Source: a virus. From it: a stretch of 64,000 nt of DNA. Position 1 is the first letter of the stretch, and the number at the start of each line of letters is the position of its first letter. Location of the stretch: the IMG/VR virus record IMGVR_UViG_3300023174_000056, positions 96,001 to 160,000 of that record; one strand, written 5' to 3'. Below, one piece after another: positions 32,601 to 42,617 of this stretch. The translations under genes and the position numbers were made by a program. The notes beneath the pieces were generated by a model. It worked only from the letters and a program-made list of their open reading frames with translations, ran no database searches and was not told the DNA's origin.

Positions 32601-35336
32601 TGGCGCAAATCTTGCAAAAAATTCCTTAACTTTATTATCGGCTAGGATCGTCACATCGTAATTGTTAAATTTTTTGGTTGAGCTGCCTAATTTTTTAGGA
32701 ATATATTTGATACCCTGTGGGGTGCCTTGTTTTGATTCAAGTAAATTAATTTCATTTTTTACTATTCTAATAATTTCGTTATCAGCGGTTCCTAAAAATA
32801 ACTTAATAAGTTCTGATTTCGTCAAAGATTTTGATACAGAATCTAAAATTTTCTTAACTTCGTCTTTTGATTCTTCCTTATTTTCTTCGTCGTTTCTAAC
32901 AATCCCGGCGTTTTCCAACGCATCGCCAGTTTGTCCAAGAGCCTGTCCAGAATTGCTGTAGTCGCCTAATAAATCTTCTGGCGAAGTATCCCCTACTGTA
33001 TCTGGGTCTATGCTATCCTTACAGCTGCTAATAACATCGTTCATCATTCTTAGGAGCGTTAGAATAGCATCTGTTCTCTCTTCTGCCAATGCTTCTCCAA
33101 AAGAGTTATAATAAACTGTCATCATCCCAGGTATATTTGGGAATGTTGGTATTTTTATAACTGGAAAACTTGGAATTGGTAGTTGTGGTATCTGGCACGC
33201 AAGTGGGACATCGTTTACAAGGAAGTTTTTTATCGCATTCAACAAAAATCTTGTTGCATCTCTTAATTGTTGGTTTGCTATACACTTTGTAACTTCATCT
33301 ATGATTAATTCCCATTGGATTGTTTTTGGATCTATAAATTCTTCCCAATTTTGTTTTGTAATTTCTCCAAGCTGTTTACCAAGTTCTTCCCATTCTTTTT
33401 CACTAAAAGTTTGTTGAAAATTTTTTATACTTTCGCCAGATACAATATTATTTATAAATTCATTTGTGCTTTGCTTTAGTTGATCTTTTGTATTGTCAAC
33501 GTAAGTTCGTAAACACTCTAGCTCTCTTTGTTCAAAACGATCAGCAGTACCTGGTGCGTATTTTATTTGCGCCAATTCGCCTGGAATTACGTAATCAGAT
33601 AGAAATGATGTTATTGATTTTTTACCGTCTTCTTTTGCTAGTGCATTTGTATTTGCTAGTAAAAATGCAAAAGTAGAATCTGTTATTGGTTCATTTATTA
33701 ATAAACTGTTTACTCCATCTAATTCAATTATATTTTTTCCACCGTTATATGAAATATAAATTGCTTTTACGACCATTATGTCATTTATGGATATAAACTT
33801 AAAAGTTAATGCTGTATTTAATGTAAGACCATTTTCGTCATATAATCCAAGAAGTTTCCCAGCGTTTTGATTTAAAAGACCAATAATTGTATTTGTAAAA
33901 TTGTTATATGAATCTTCATATAAAGAAAGATCTATAAAAACCTCTGGGGGTGGGTCTTTTTCTAATTCTCCTCTTAATTTTGATGCGTAGTCTTTAAGAG
34001 TCTTATAGACGTTATCAAAAGTTTTTAATAAAACTAAATCACCATTTGGCTGGGCTGAGTAGGGTATGAAAACAAAACGGTTTACTTGATTAGGATTTTC
34101 TTTTGTTGGATCATTTTCGTCTAAAGAAGGCAGTTCTTTAAAAGTAGGTATATCTGATGGTGATATGTAATCACGTAATGATGGCTCACCATTAATAGCA
34201 GAATCCAATCCATCAGAAATCGCTGCTGAATAATCATAATTTGCAGCATTTGATGATCCCGCAGATAAAACAGAAGAAAGATTTGGTGCTAATTTATTAA
34301 AATTAAAAATTTCAGTATTTGAAATTGTTTCCGATGCTCTATTAACAAGGTCTGGGAGATCTAAAAGTGACTGACCAGCCGCCTGAAGATAGTTGTCGGT
34401 CTTACAAACGGCTTCTACATTTCTATATGGCAATACTACAAGTATCGCTGGCGGTTGGTTTCTTCTTGGATTTATAACATAACTTTCTATTTTTGCAAAA
34501 CAATAATATTGTTCTTCAAAATTTCTTCCATCTTTTGTTTGTAATTTATTTACATCTTTTAAAATAGCTTTTATTGCGCTTGAAAAAGCACTTTTAAATG
34601 AATCAGTAATTATTTCTTCAGTTAGATTATTAAAATCTACTATATTAAGTTGCGTTATGACATAGTATGATGCAATTTCATCGCTATAATTAACTTTATC
34701 AAAATCATCCGATGGGAACACAGTAAAATTAACGCTTTTTGCATATAATTTGGGATTTATCGTTGGAGATTTTGCCACATCAGAATAATCTATCAATCTT
34801 CTACTATCTGGGTAGGTTCCTTCTGCTATATCGCTTTTTAAGCAAAAACCAGTTTGTTCTTTAATGCCGGAATCGGTAAGAACTTGGAATAAAACTTTAC
34901 ACCAAAGAAGGTCTTTTCCTATACCAGTTTCAATAACTCTAATTTTTAGTGCAGTTCTAAAGCTTACAACATTAAAAAAAGAATTTTGTGTTTTTACAAT
35001 AGAAATACTGCTAACATTTTCTTTTGAATTTTTTACATAATCATAAATAAAAGTTGGCGATGAAAAATCTCTTAATGCATTAATATATTCGCCAATTTGA
35101 GCGTCAGTTGCATTTAATGCTACAGAGAAGCGATCAACAAGATTAAAAAAGTCTCCGTCGCCTCTGGTATCAAATCCCTTATAAGAAGAAATATGCTGAA
35201 TTATCGTTACTTCATCAGATCCCTCTGTTACTATCAGATACTTTTCTGGCGTTAACGCAAAAACTGGTGCTAACTGATAATTTTCTTGTCCATAAGAAAT
35301 ATCTTCTATAAGTTTTTGAAAGTCGATGTCTGCCAT
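29700..35336 (-). CDS. Very large hypothetical virion protein (baseplate hub or tape-measure-like)
   Basis: 1878 aa, largely helical with scattered Cys and a hydrophobic C-terminus, between the gp25-like gene and hub genes. Confidence 0.45.
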   Translation of the reverse strand: MADIDFQKLIEDISYGQENYQLAPVFALTPEKYLIVTEGSDEVTIIQHISSYKGFDTRGDGDFFNLVDRFSVALNATDAQIGEYINALRDFSSPTFIYDYVKNSKENVSSISIVKTQNSFFNVVSFRTALKIRVIETGIGKDLLWCKVLFQVLTDSGIKEQTGFCLKSDIAEGTYPDSRRLIDYSDVAKSPTINPKLYAKSVNFTVFPSDDFDKVNYSDEIASYYVITQLNIVDFNNLTEEIITDSFKSAFSSAIKAILKDVNKLQTKDGRNFEEQYYCFAKIESYVINPRRNQPPAILVVLPYRNVEAVCKTDNYLQAAGQSLLDLPDLVNRASETISNTEIFNFNKLAPNLSSVLSAGSSNAANYDYSAAISDGLDSAINGEPSLRDYISPSDIPTFKELPSLDENDPTKENPNQVNRFVFIPYSAQPNGDLVLLKTFDNVYKTLKDYASKLRGELEKDPPPEVFIDLSLYEDSYNNFTNTIIGLLNQNAGKLLGLYDENGLTLNTALTFKFISINDIMVVKAIYISYNGGKNIIELDGVNSLLINEPITDSTFAFLLANTNALAKEDGKKSITSFLSDYVIPGELAQIKYAPGTADRFEQRELECLRTYVDNTKDQLKQSTNEFINNIVSGESIKNFQQTFSEKEWEELGKQLGEITKQNWEEFIDPKTIQWELIIDEVTKCIANQQLRDATRFLLNAIKNFLVNDVPLACQIPQLPIPSFPVIKIPTFPNIPGMMTVYYNSFGEALAEERTDAILTLLRMMNDVISSCKDSIDPDTVGDTSPEDLLGDYSNSGQALGQTGDALENAGIVRNDEENKEESKDEVKKILDSVSKSLTKSELIKLFLGTADNEIIRIVKNEINLLESKQGTPQGIKYIPKKLGSSTKKFNNYDVTILADNKVKEFFARFAPLMNQEKLNFLTEQILSNDPDILCIDNNTFNENLKKALKEKGLTEEQAQVEVERKDQNLKNTISKLSLALNMLNKTSIELKPINCVQNEDGTITPGISDKIGIPEAFKISNEDILDKLYSKFDESYNQDIKNWFRNSSITIQDKSGNVIKKLFLTSGSANTFYASVVYPTTVKRTSSFRGIVSSPFPDVIDLNFKIPEYLFATEENAKLINEDPDSQFSKLLVETNNININTKIRINASTSSISGTGLDLSYNSLNATRISTISDQENRIINLNKSLSNNYNFSTSSYSVQANQNLLSLIGGINTEIQSKQDAYDKKIVNYLFQKQFFNNFLFEYKTDKNGNLQTPNIQKALSLDLNPLLTKKEKKCGVKDKRLINLDEIKNSVQKAAAKSACLPPIMSLDGKKKVPSAADTANYEAGLALFFRIYSIDFNLKLLPFGNYLSLLDSEVFYVICYDFIMKDIKRLFGSSYASKINKIMMEKYKREQNLKDIKIEDLLNSKADILNAFKMHFKKDFSSVSTQIHEIYKNEKNKNIVKITKSEEIIQEKNYKSFVDYAYDNITLIPDPASISNVKNSLNKEISLITNNDIMARIKNIFDFLISKPSLEILLKEYDNKIKPPGWSLDQVRIFLAALVSSDSMTEEDLKNILNYIINLLKEYGDSNSNYFSNVDKFYENNEYSLKPSYDRINDLLIESDNDDNLSLVTKEGLEVVTQIKTFSDRIKEKQQLIEKVDVDLDKLAATNPPFCIITNNGRSYFSMVAKETKKYTDFFTSDIESLYTFAITSNESYKKDLTFKDLFYTYFKLYYPFDEMFSGYCSTMLLSLNSLDVLNSSFDASKQEIKSIIDIIDLASDYTKKIEDNGVTASISKLKVLAALPKTIVRSFAQITDPNISIASAVSTAYGLGVAQAEAAGVQISVKNLPMYIPSLGLSAALLPPITPQGQAAFAISLAEDDFGMETDSTTNDDDVC

Positions 35337-35338
35337 GA

Positions 35339-36280
35339 TTAATTTGTGTTGTTAAATCTACTAGCTATATATAGCTCGCCAGTTTTTTCTAAATATGTTT
35401 TTTTAAACACGCCAAGAGATTTTCTAATTTGATCTAATTTTATATTTGAAACTTGACTAAAAATATAACTAGCTGTTAGTGATTTAGTTGGTAAATCTGT
35501 GTCTAATGGTAATGTAGGACTGCCAGGGACTCCTGTTGCGTGTTGATGGGTTGCAAGTGATGAATCAACTTTTTCTTGATAATGAATTATTTCTAGAATT
35601 GAATCAACTGTTAATTCCATTAAATTTATCATTTCTGCAAAAGCTTTATTAGTATTTATTCCTTTTAACATAGGTTGCAAATCGCTATCATCATTACCAG
35701 CAATAAGATCAATACCTTTAATTTTAATAATTTTTTGTCTTTTGGAATCTTCAGAGTATCTTCGTGTTACAAGCTTTATGCCTCTTTCGCCAACAATTCT
35801 AACTGCATCTGCTTTAATACCAATTGCACTTTGTTTAATAGATTTACCGATTGTTCCATCTTTTAAATTTAAATAATCATCTATATCTGCGGTCTGCGAT
35901 AAGTAAATATATGAAGAATCTAACATAAAATCTGGATTTGACACGGAGGGATTTTTAGCATCTTCTTTATATAATCCGATTCCAGCCCCAAAATGTCCAG
36001 CTACAATATGAACCATCCCAGATTTTGGATGTCCTTTGCCTCCATACCCAGAAGTTATTTTATCTTTTCTATCTTTACCCAAAATTATATGAGAGTTATT
36101 ATAGCCACTATAAATTTTTTCAGCTACAGAATTAATTCTTTTTGGGAACGCCTCTCTTTTTACGCTGTCACCAACGCCATTTTGAGATAATTTTGTGCCT
36201 TCAGAAGAGTTTTCTTGCGCTATCTTATTTTCTTTTGAAAGCCCTTCACTATTTAAATAATTTCCTGCTGCCATTTTCAT
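35339..36280 (-). CDS. Putative baseplate hub/spike (gp5 C-terminal-like) protein
   Basis: N...I.LG.DR, IY.SQ..D.D and IKADAVRI.....IKL motifs, plus a C-terminal H.H (THQH) typical of spike tips. Confidence 0.5.
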   Translation of the reverse strand: MKMAAGNYLNSEGLSKENKIAQENSSEGTKLSQNGVGDSVKREAFPKRINSVAEKIYSGYNNSHIILGKDRKDKITSGYGGKGHPKSGMVHIVAGHFGAGIGLYKEDAKNPSVSNPDFMLDSSYIYLSQTADIDDYLNLKDGTIGKSIKQSAIGIKADAVRIVGERGIKLVTRRYSEDSKRQKIIKIKGIDLIAGNDDSDLQPMLKGINTNKAFAEMINLMELTVDSILEIIHYQEKVDSSLATHQHATGVPGSPTLPLDTDLPTKSLTASYIFSQVSNIKLDQIRKSLGVFKKTYLEKTGELYIASRFNNTN

Positions 36281-36281
36281 T

Positions 36282-37541
36282 TTATGCTAACCTTGTAAAT
36301 TGTACACCACTTAACTGTCTGTATAGCTCTATCCCATTTCTATTATAGGAAGCATAGGTTTTTTTACCAGAAGAATCGGAATTCCAATGTCCGTAGCTTA
36401 GAACTTCTAAGCGGTTTCTTGTGAAATTTGGTGTTTTTGGATGTGCTATAGAAATATGAAACCAAAAACTTCCAGGACCAGAGCTTTCAAAAATTAATTG
36501 ATCGTATTGATTTATTACTTTTTTTGATTTTATTTCATCAAAAATGTCTAATAATCTCGTATCATTAACGTTTACAAAGCTTAGGTCTGCCGCTGTTCCA
36601 AGTCTGTGCTGACTATTTGGCGCACCGCCTACTGCATTATTTAATTCTTGCCCTCTAAAAACACTATTTATAACAAAAGAACCGACGCCATAATAATCTA
36701 CTAATTTATCTAAAACAGTTCTAGCTAAAAAGGCCAATCTTTCAATTTCGTCTGGGCTTGGCTGATTGCTTATTCCTCTTTGTTTTGCTGTTTCAGAATA
36801 TGTTAGCTGCGATAAGGTAAAATATTTTGAGATTAATTCATCGCTGCTTGGTGGGTTATATAGGCTTAATCTTTCTTCTGGGGCGGTGCATACACTTGTT
36901 GAAAAATTAGGTACTGGTGCTTCGTCTTGGTTTATAGATTCTTGCGACGAATTTATTGAATCAGAATTAGGCTTGATATTAGAATTATCAGAGCATGGAG
37001 GCTCCGTAAAAGTGTCTTTCGCTGTTTTCTTTTCTTTAGAATTATCTTCGATAATTATAGGAGGATAATCATCGTATTTTGCAGAAATACTTGCTTCTTC
37101 TTTTGTACTATTTGCATATTCAAATTCAACAATTGTGCCAGTTGGTAGTTTATCTTTTATTTTAGAACTACACCTGACCATCGTAGTGCTTTTTAAAATA
37201 TCAGATTTTGTTTGAAACTTTGTAGCTATTGAAGCGTGCGCCAAATCAATCGGTAAAACAAGGTACTCTATAAAAATATTGTTTGTCGCTGATGTGGTTG
37301 ACGCAAGCAATTTGTTGATATTTGTTCTTGGAGACGTTGTTTCTATGACATCCATGATGACGCCATAGTTTCTATAATTTTCAATCGTATTAAGCTGTTG
37401 CATAAGTTGCGACAGCATTTTTCTAGAAACAACTTGAGGATTTGTTGACATTTCCTCAATTGTTGGAGTATATTTAAATTTTGGACCTTGTTCGGTTGTT
37501 GTCTGGATACGGCCAGAGCCATAAAGAGCCAAATTAGGCAT
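36282..37541 (-). CDS. Baseplate-associated protein with a C-terminal peptidase M15A (Zn peptidoglycan peptidase) domain
   Basis: SKYFTLSQL..SETA...GI.N.P, INS.FR...LN.AVGG..NSQH..G.AAD, DQLIFE and W.HIS motifs. Confidence 0.8.
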   Translation of the reverse strand: MPNLALYGSGRIQTTTEQGPKFKYTPTIEEMSTNPQVVSRKMLSQLMQQLNTIENYRNYGVIMDVIETTSPRTNINKLLASTTSATNNIFIEYLVLPIDLAHASIATKFQTKSDILKSTTMVRCSSKIKDKLPTGTIVEFEYANSTKEEASISAKYDDYPPIIIEDNSKEKKTAKDTFTEPPCSDNSNIKPNSDSINSSQESINQDEAPVPNFSTSVCTAPEERLSLYNPPSSDELISKYFTLSQLTYSETAKQRGISNQPSPDEIERLAFLARTVLDKLVDYYGVGSFVINSVFRGQELNNAVGGAPNSQHRLGTAADLSFVNVNDTRLLDIFDEIKSKKVINQYDQLIFESSGPGSFWFHISIAHPKTPNFTRNRLEVLSYGHWNSDSSGKKTYASYNRNGIELYRQLSGVQFTRLA

Positions 37542-37841
37542 TTATTTTTTTTCCTTGATCAAGTCAAAAATTTCATCTTTCTCCTTAGATGATAAAGAGT
37601 CTTGGACGCCCTCCTTTCTTTGAAGGATTGCGGCGATCTTAACAAGTTGTTCATTACTTCTTTGCAGAGTCTCTAAATATTTACTTGCCACTTCTCCGAA
37701 GTCTTTATGCTTATACTTATCAGTTGTTTGAGACATTTCATTGACTAAATCCAATAAAAGCTTATTAGCAATAGCTCTATCATTTAAAATATTTTGTGTT
37801 GCGTCCTCTATATAATCATTTAGAGCTTTTTGCTTGGACAT
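37542..37841 (-). CDS. Conserved-looking hypothetical coiled-coil protein
   Basis: KYLETLQRSNEQLVK helix. The ATG at 37841 is preferred over the upstream TTG at 37880. Confidence 0.55.
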   Translation of the reverse strand: MSKQKALNDYIEDATQNILNDRAIANKLLLDLVNEMSQTTDKYKHKDFGEVASKYLETLQRSNEQLVKIAAILQRKEGVQDSLSSKEKDEIFDLIKEKK

Positions 37842-37842
37842 A

Positions 37843-38547
37843 TTATAAGTTTCCGTTTTCCCATTCTTTCTTAAAAGCAACGTATCTTACTTTAAATTTC
37901 TTTAAGTTGCTTACGACTTGTTTAGTGTTTAAACCAGTCATTTCTCTAATATATAAATAAATAGCTTTTTTATTAAAAATTTCTATATTATCACTTTCTT
38001 TAAATAATATCTGGATAGCTTTGTAAACTTTTTCTTCATTGGATTTCATTTTTTTATTATTCCAACTACCCATCTCTTTTTCAAAAAAAGCCCAAAATTC
38101 TTGTTGTTGCCTGTCTATTTCGTAGCTATGCTCATAGATAAGTTGCTCTTCATCTTTTGTATTAACAATATCCTCTAAATAAACTTCTTTTTTGTTGTTG
38201 TTTTTCTTTACTTTATAAATAAACCAGTTTTTGGTTATCACTGAAAAATAAGAAAATGCTTTACTGCCTTTTGAAACATCGAACTTATCTAAAATTGTTG
38301 TTAACCAAATTTTACATTCGTCTTTTAGATCTTCAATATTTGGCAAATTATTGAATTTATAGGTAAAAACTATCTTATCAACCATTTCATCAAAGGCTGG
38401 TTGGATCCACAATTTATATAATTCATTTTTTCTTTTATGATCAATAATTGAAGCATACTCTAAAATTGCTTCTTCATGATCTTTTGTAAAATACTGATTG
38501 CTAGGTTTACTGTTGTTGGTCAATGCTAGTTTCCTCTTCTTCACCAA
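37843..38547 (-). CDS. Late sigma factor, T4 gp55-like
   Basis: YFT...E.AI..Y, EDLK.EC...L...LDKFD..KGSKAFSYFS.I.KN region-2 motif; short (234 aa). Confidence 0.7.
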   Translation of the reverse strand: MVKKRKLALTNNSKPSNQYFTKDHEEAILEYASIIDHKRKNELYKLWIQPAFDEMVDKIVFTYKFNNLPNIEDLKDECKIWLTTILDKFDVSKGSKAFSYFSVITKNWFIYKVKKNNNKKEVYLEDIVNTKDEEQLIYEHSYEIDRQQQEFWAFFEKEMGSWNNKKMKSNEEKVYKAIQILFKESDNIEIFNKKAIYLYIREMTGLNTKQVVSNLKKFKVRYVAFKKEWENGNL

Positions 38548-38809
38548 TAATTGATTTTTTATAAAATTTACTAGCTTCTATAACCATTTTTGTATTTTTT
38601 ATAGCGGCAGCAACGGTTTCATCACCATAATATTGCTCTAATTCAAACATGCTTGTCAAATTTTCTGCATACTGCTCTAAAAGTTCTTGGAATTGAGTTA
38701 CGCCATCAATTCCAACATTCAAATTTTTTATTAATTTTCTAGTATACCAAATAAAAATACCATTTACGGTTAATGATAAAATTAAAAATAATATTAAAGC
38801 TACAATCAT
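38507..38809 (-). CDS. Small membrane-anchored protein
   Basis: N-terminal hydrophobic helix MIVALILFLILSLTVNGIFIWY. Confidence 0.55.
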   Translation of the reverse strand: MIVALILFLILSLTVNGIFIWYTRKLIKNLNVGIDGVTQFQELLEQYAENLTSMFELEQYYGDETVAAAIKNTKMVIEASKFYKKSIIGEEEETSIDQQQ

Positions 38810-39066
38810 GGTTTGTACTCTCGTTTTCTTAGTTCAGTTTGATGATCTAGCAATAATTTTCTATTATCCTCGATAGCTCTTTCGACTCTTTCTCCAGCCA
38901 AATCTCGTTCCGTTTTTTGTTTTGAATAAGAAGTTAAAAGTGAAGGAATTTTTTCTAAAGTGTCTTTTCCGCTACAATATTCACAATCATGTAGCTGTTC
39001 AGTGATACTATGCATAGTCTTAAACTGTTTTTCGCAAAACTTGCATTTGTATTCATACATTGGCAT
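38806..39066 (-). CDS. FmdB-family zinc-ribbon protein
   Basis: MPMYEYKCKFC...CEYC signature. Confidence 0.8.
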   Translation of the reverse strand: MPMYEYKCKFCEKQFKTMHSITEQLHDCEYCSGKDTLEKIPSLLTSYSKQKTERDLAGERVERAIEDNRKLLLDHQTELRKREYKP

Positions 39067-39068
39067 TT

Positions 39069-39251
39069 TTATTCACCCGCTGGTTCATCACTAAATAAAA
39101 TTTGAGTTGGGGGATTCATAACAACCAACTCTTCATTTGGGTCAGTTTCAAAATCAAATCCTTTTAACACTGGTACGATGTCGGTTTGTTCCATGAGTGA
39201 TTTTTGTAGTGCAACCATTACGCATGATAATGCTTGATCTGATAGTTTCAT
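39069..39251 (-). CDS. Small hypothetical protein
   Basis: 60-aa ORF with GGAGA RBS and ATGA overlap with the upstream gene. Confidence 0.6.
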   Translation of the reverse strand: MKLSDQALSCVMVALQKSLMEQTDIVPVLKGFDFETDPNEELVVMNPPTQILFSDEPAGE

Positions 39252-39661
39252 TTGTTTTCTCCGTTTAGCGATTGTGCTATTAATTGTTTATATTTTGTAG
39301 TAGACCAGCCATGTGCCCGATCTACATATACAACTTCATTGCTATATTCTTGCCCTGTTGCATACCTGTCTTTGTAATCATCTCCAAGTATCCTAACATG
39401 ATATTGATTACTTTTTAAAATATTAACTAAATCTTTTTCTGTCGTATATTTTATAATTTCATCAATAAATTTTATTGAATTTAGTATTTCTTTTCTTTCT
39501 TCCCATAATAAAACTGGTTTAATTTTATTAGAACGTTCTATGGTCGGGTCTGTTTGTAAAGCTACTACAAGGTAGTCGCAATGCTCCTTGGCTTTACGGA
39601 ACATATACACATAACCGGGATGTATTACATCAAAAGATCCAGCTATAATTCCTAATTTCAT
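39248..39661 (-). CDS. TagD-like glycerol-3-phosphate/sugar-phosphate cytidylyltransferase
   Basis: GSFDVIHPGY (HxGH variant), DYLVVAL..D, R.HGWSTT. Confidence 0.8.
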   Translation of the reverse strand: MKLGIIAGSFDVIHPGYVYMFRKAKEHCDYLVVALQTDPTIERSNKIKPVLLWEERKEILNSIKFIDEIIKYTTEKDLVNILKSNQYHVRILGDDYKDRYATGQEYSNEVVYVDRAHGWSTTKYKQLIAQSLNGENK

Positions 39662-40371
39662 TTTAATATAGAAGCCTCATCAAACTTTCTGACTGTTATT
39701 AAGGGAATGTGCATAATTTTTAAATTTTCTCTTGCACAAAAGTCTGTTACTCTTTCCCACATGTCAGCATCAGAAGGATAAATCCTTTTTTGGTCATTTA
39801 TGTTTCTATATCTTAAATTTATTTTTTCAAGATTCCAAGAAACAGAAGCATGGACAATATTACCACATCTAGGTAACAAATTATTATACATCAATGGAAC
39901 ATTATTTTCTAGTGGTAGGATTGTATTTAAATAATATGATTTAGTATATAAAAAACAGCTATCAGGGAAACTTTTGTAGGAGTCTGCTAAAACTTGTAAA
40001 TGATTCGGCAACCATTCATCATCATCGTCTATGCATGAATAAAATTTAATATTTTCGCTATACATCATATCCATAGATGTATTTGAAGCAAAAACTCCTC
40101 CACAACTCCAGAGTTTTGTGCCTGACAATTTTAAAATATCTCTTTCGTGCCCAAACCGTAAATTTATTGAAGTAATTTTTTCTTTATCAACTAAATTACA
40201 AATCCTATTAAACTCTTCATGATTAGTATAGCCATCTCCAACTAAAAATATTTTCCAATTTTTATAAGTTTGAGATTTTATAGAATTAATACATCTTTCT
40301 ATTTTTTCATATGTACTACCATCTTTTCTAAAGTAAGTTGCAAGTTTTATACCAAAAAATATATCAGACAT
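39658..40371 (-). CDS. Glycosyltransferase family 2
   Basis: RCINSIKSQTY.NW, DDDDEWLP.HL, D.DMW.R. Confidence 0.8.
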   Translation of the reverse strand: MSDIFFGIKLATYFRKDGSTYEKIERCINSIKSQTYKNWKIFLVGDGYTNHEEFNRICNLVDKEKITSINLRFGHERDILKLSGTKLWSCGGVFASNTSMDMMYSENIKFYSCIDDDDEWLPNHLQVLADSYKSFPDSCFLYTKSYYLNTILPLENNVPLMYNNLLPRCGNIVHASVSWNLEKINLRYRNINDQKRIYPSDADMWERVTDFCARENLKIMHIPLITVRKFDEASILK

Positions 40372-40953
40372 TTATTTAATCGCCTCTAATATTAAATCGC
40401 AAATTTGTTCTCTTGTTTCTAAATTTTTTAATTCTTCAAATTCGCTAATATTTTTATCTTTGAATGATATCACTTTAAAGCCTATATCTTTTAGTTTTTT
40501 TGTTATATCTTCTTTTGAATAGATAAATTTATGTCCGTCATTAGTGCTTGTTATATTGCTTAGGAACTTAATACTCTGTGATGTGCTGCTTTCGCCAAAG
40601 AAAGCAAAATTTAAGAACTGATCTTTTGATTTAAATCTTGAGAGATAAAGATGATTGTTCTTTTTTACATCCCAATTGTAATAAGTATTTAGAATTTCAT
40701 CAAGATATGGCATTGAAATTCTTAAAACACCCCCAACGCATAATTTATCGTAAAGATGTTTTAATAGATTAAAGCCGTCTACTTCGTCTAGATGCTCAAA
40801 AAAATGTTCAGAGAAAAAGAAAGATATAGAGTTATTTTCAAATGGCAGTGGCTTTCTTAAATCATGTTTGAAAATACCGGGAGAATCAATGTCATCAATA
40901 TTTATCCAGCCTTGATATATGTTTTTGCCACATCCTAAGTTTATCTTTAACAT
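40372..40953 (-). CDS. Class I SAM-dependent methyltransferase
   Basis: INLGCG..GWINID, DLR.PLPF, HFFEHL, L..GG.LRIS.P. Confidence 0.85.
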   Translation of the reverse strand: MLKINLGCGKNIYQGWINIDDIDSPGIFKHDLRKPLPFENNSISFFFSEHFFEHLDEVDGFNLLKHLYDKLCVGGVLRISMPYLDEILNTYYNWDVKKNNHLYLSRFKSKDQFLNFAFFGESSTSQSIKFLSNITSTNDGHKFIYSKEDITKKLKDIGFKVISFKDKNISEFEELKNLETREQICDLILEAIK

Positions 40954-41565
40954 TTATTTTTTCCTTACTGCTGGACTCCCGACGTATAAACCGCTTTCTA
41001 TAATATTTTTCGTTATAACGGAATTAGCGCCAATTACGCTCTTTGCGGATACTCTAATTTTTGGTATGGTAAGTGATGATGTACCAAAGAATACTTCTTC
41101 TTCAAGGATAGTGTGTCCAGAGAGAGACACGTTGGGGGATAAAACTACTCCGTCTTCTAGAACTGAATCGTGACCAATTGTGCAGCTTATGTTTACTACA
41201 CATAACTTTCCAACTTTAATATCACAAGTTAAAATACTTTTAGGGCAAATAATAGATCCACGATCTATGTTTACTGTTTCACCAACATAAGAATCTACAA
41301 TCAATGGATCGGCTAGGATTAGCCCTTTTTCAGACAACGTATTTAAAAATTTTTTATTAACGCTAGGGTTTCCCGTACCGGCTATATAACTTTGCTGCCT
41401 ATAGCCAGGGATATCATCTAGTTTATTATAAACTGGTAAAGAACGTAAAGTGTTGGTTTGAGAAAACTCATCAAAAAAACCCACTACTTTAATATTAGAA
41501 TACTTGTGATATTCATATATCTCTCTAGCAAAATCACCAGCACCCATTATAACTGTGCCGATCAT
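40954..41565 (-). CDS. NeuD/PglD/PerB-family sugar N/O-acetyltransferase
   Basis: IMGAG.FARE Rossmann-like N-terminus, hexapeptide repeats with IGHD, C-terminal VGSPA. Confidence 0.85.
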   Translation of the reverse strand: MIGTVIMGAGDFAREIYEYHKYSNIKVVGFFDEFSQTNTLRSLPVYNKLDDIPGYRQQSYIAGTGNPSVNKKFLNTLSEKGLILADPLIVDSYVGETVNIDRGSIICPKSILTCDIKVGKLCVVNISCTIGHDSVLEDGVVLSPNVSLSGHTILEEEVFFGTSSLTIPKIRVSAKSVIGANSVITKNIIESGLYVGSPAVRKK

Positions 41566-42605
41566 TTAGATCCTCCAGCGGCTATCTTAACGCTTGCTTG
41601 CAGAACATCTATTTCATATTCTGAAAGCTCGGCATGTAATGGTAGATTTATTATATGCTCGTATAATTTAAGAGAATTGGGATCTTCTTTTAGAGGATAA
41701 TAGTATTTATTTGCCTCTATGCCAAGATCTCTAAATGATAGATGAGAAACTGGTTTATTAAATAATATTGGTAAATTACCGTAGACAACTGATTCACTAT
41801 AGTTAAATATCTTTAAGTTCTCTTGCTTCTCAATAAATTTGAGAAAACTATCCTGTATCTTAATATGATTAGCTATATCGTATGATTCAATATGTTGTAA
41901 TATAAAGGCCGCTGAAACGTCCGACATTTTAAAATTTGAGCTAAATTTATTATATCTTCGTTTTACTTCAGTTGGGTTAAAACCAAAGCATAGAATATTA
42001 TTGATCTCATCGTAATACTTTGAATCAATTACAATAAACCCACCCTCACCAAAACCTAAATATTTTGTATGGTGCAAAGAGCCAAATGCAGCATCTCCGA
42101 AGGCACAAATATTTTTTCCATTTATAGTAGTTAGCGGGGAAGATGCGTTATCAAATATTAGTATTTTATTTTCATCTTTGCATCTTTTAACCCACTCCAT
42201 AAAGTTATTTGGATATGTACCAAATAAATTAGTTATTATAAAACCATCGTACTTGCTCAAGTTTTCATCTGTAAGCGGCATAGAATATGTTTCATCTATG
42301 TCAAGAATATCTGATTCAAAATTGCCAACTACGGAAGATGGAAAGGTAAACGATGGCGTAACCCACTTAAGCTCCTTCTTGCTAATTTTGTTATAAAATA
42401 GCATAAGTGCATGTAGAGCCAAAGTTCCATTCCCAACGCAAATTACTCTCTTATCAGAATCTAAATTAAATAACTTTTCTAATTTCTTTTCTAATAAAAA
42501 TTTACAAGGACCACGATTAGTCATTTGATTAGAAGAAATACTTTGGTTTAGTAGATCTTCAACTTTTTTAAAGTTTACTTTCTTTTGCTGAACGAATTTT
42601 ATCAT
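41562..42605 (-). CDS. DegT/DnrJ/EryC1/StrS PLP-dependent sugar aminotransferase
   Basis: NGTLAL, PSFTF, DNASS, SLHHTK.LG.GEGG (catalytic Lys), NFKMSD, INLPLH. Confidence 0.9.
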   Translation of the reverse strand: MIKFVQQKKVNFKKVEDLLNQSISSNQMTNRGPCKFLLEKKLEKLFNLDSDKRVICVGNGTLALHALMLFYNKISKKELKWVTPSFTFPSSVVGNFESDILDIDETYSMPLTDENLSKYDGFIITNLFGTYPNNFMEWVKRCKDENKILIFDNASSPLTTINGKNICAFGDAAFGSLHHTKYLGFGEGGFIVIDSKYYDEINNILCFGFNPTEVKRRYNKFSSNFKMSDVSAAFILQHIESYDIANHIKIQDSFLKFIEKQENLKIFNYSESVVYGNLPILFNKPVSHLSFRDLGIEANKYYYPLKEDPNSLKLYEHIINLPLHAELSEYEIDVLQASVKIAAGGSK

Positions 42606-42617
42606 AATAATTTCCTG

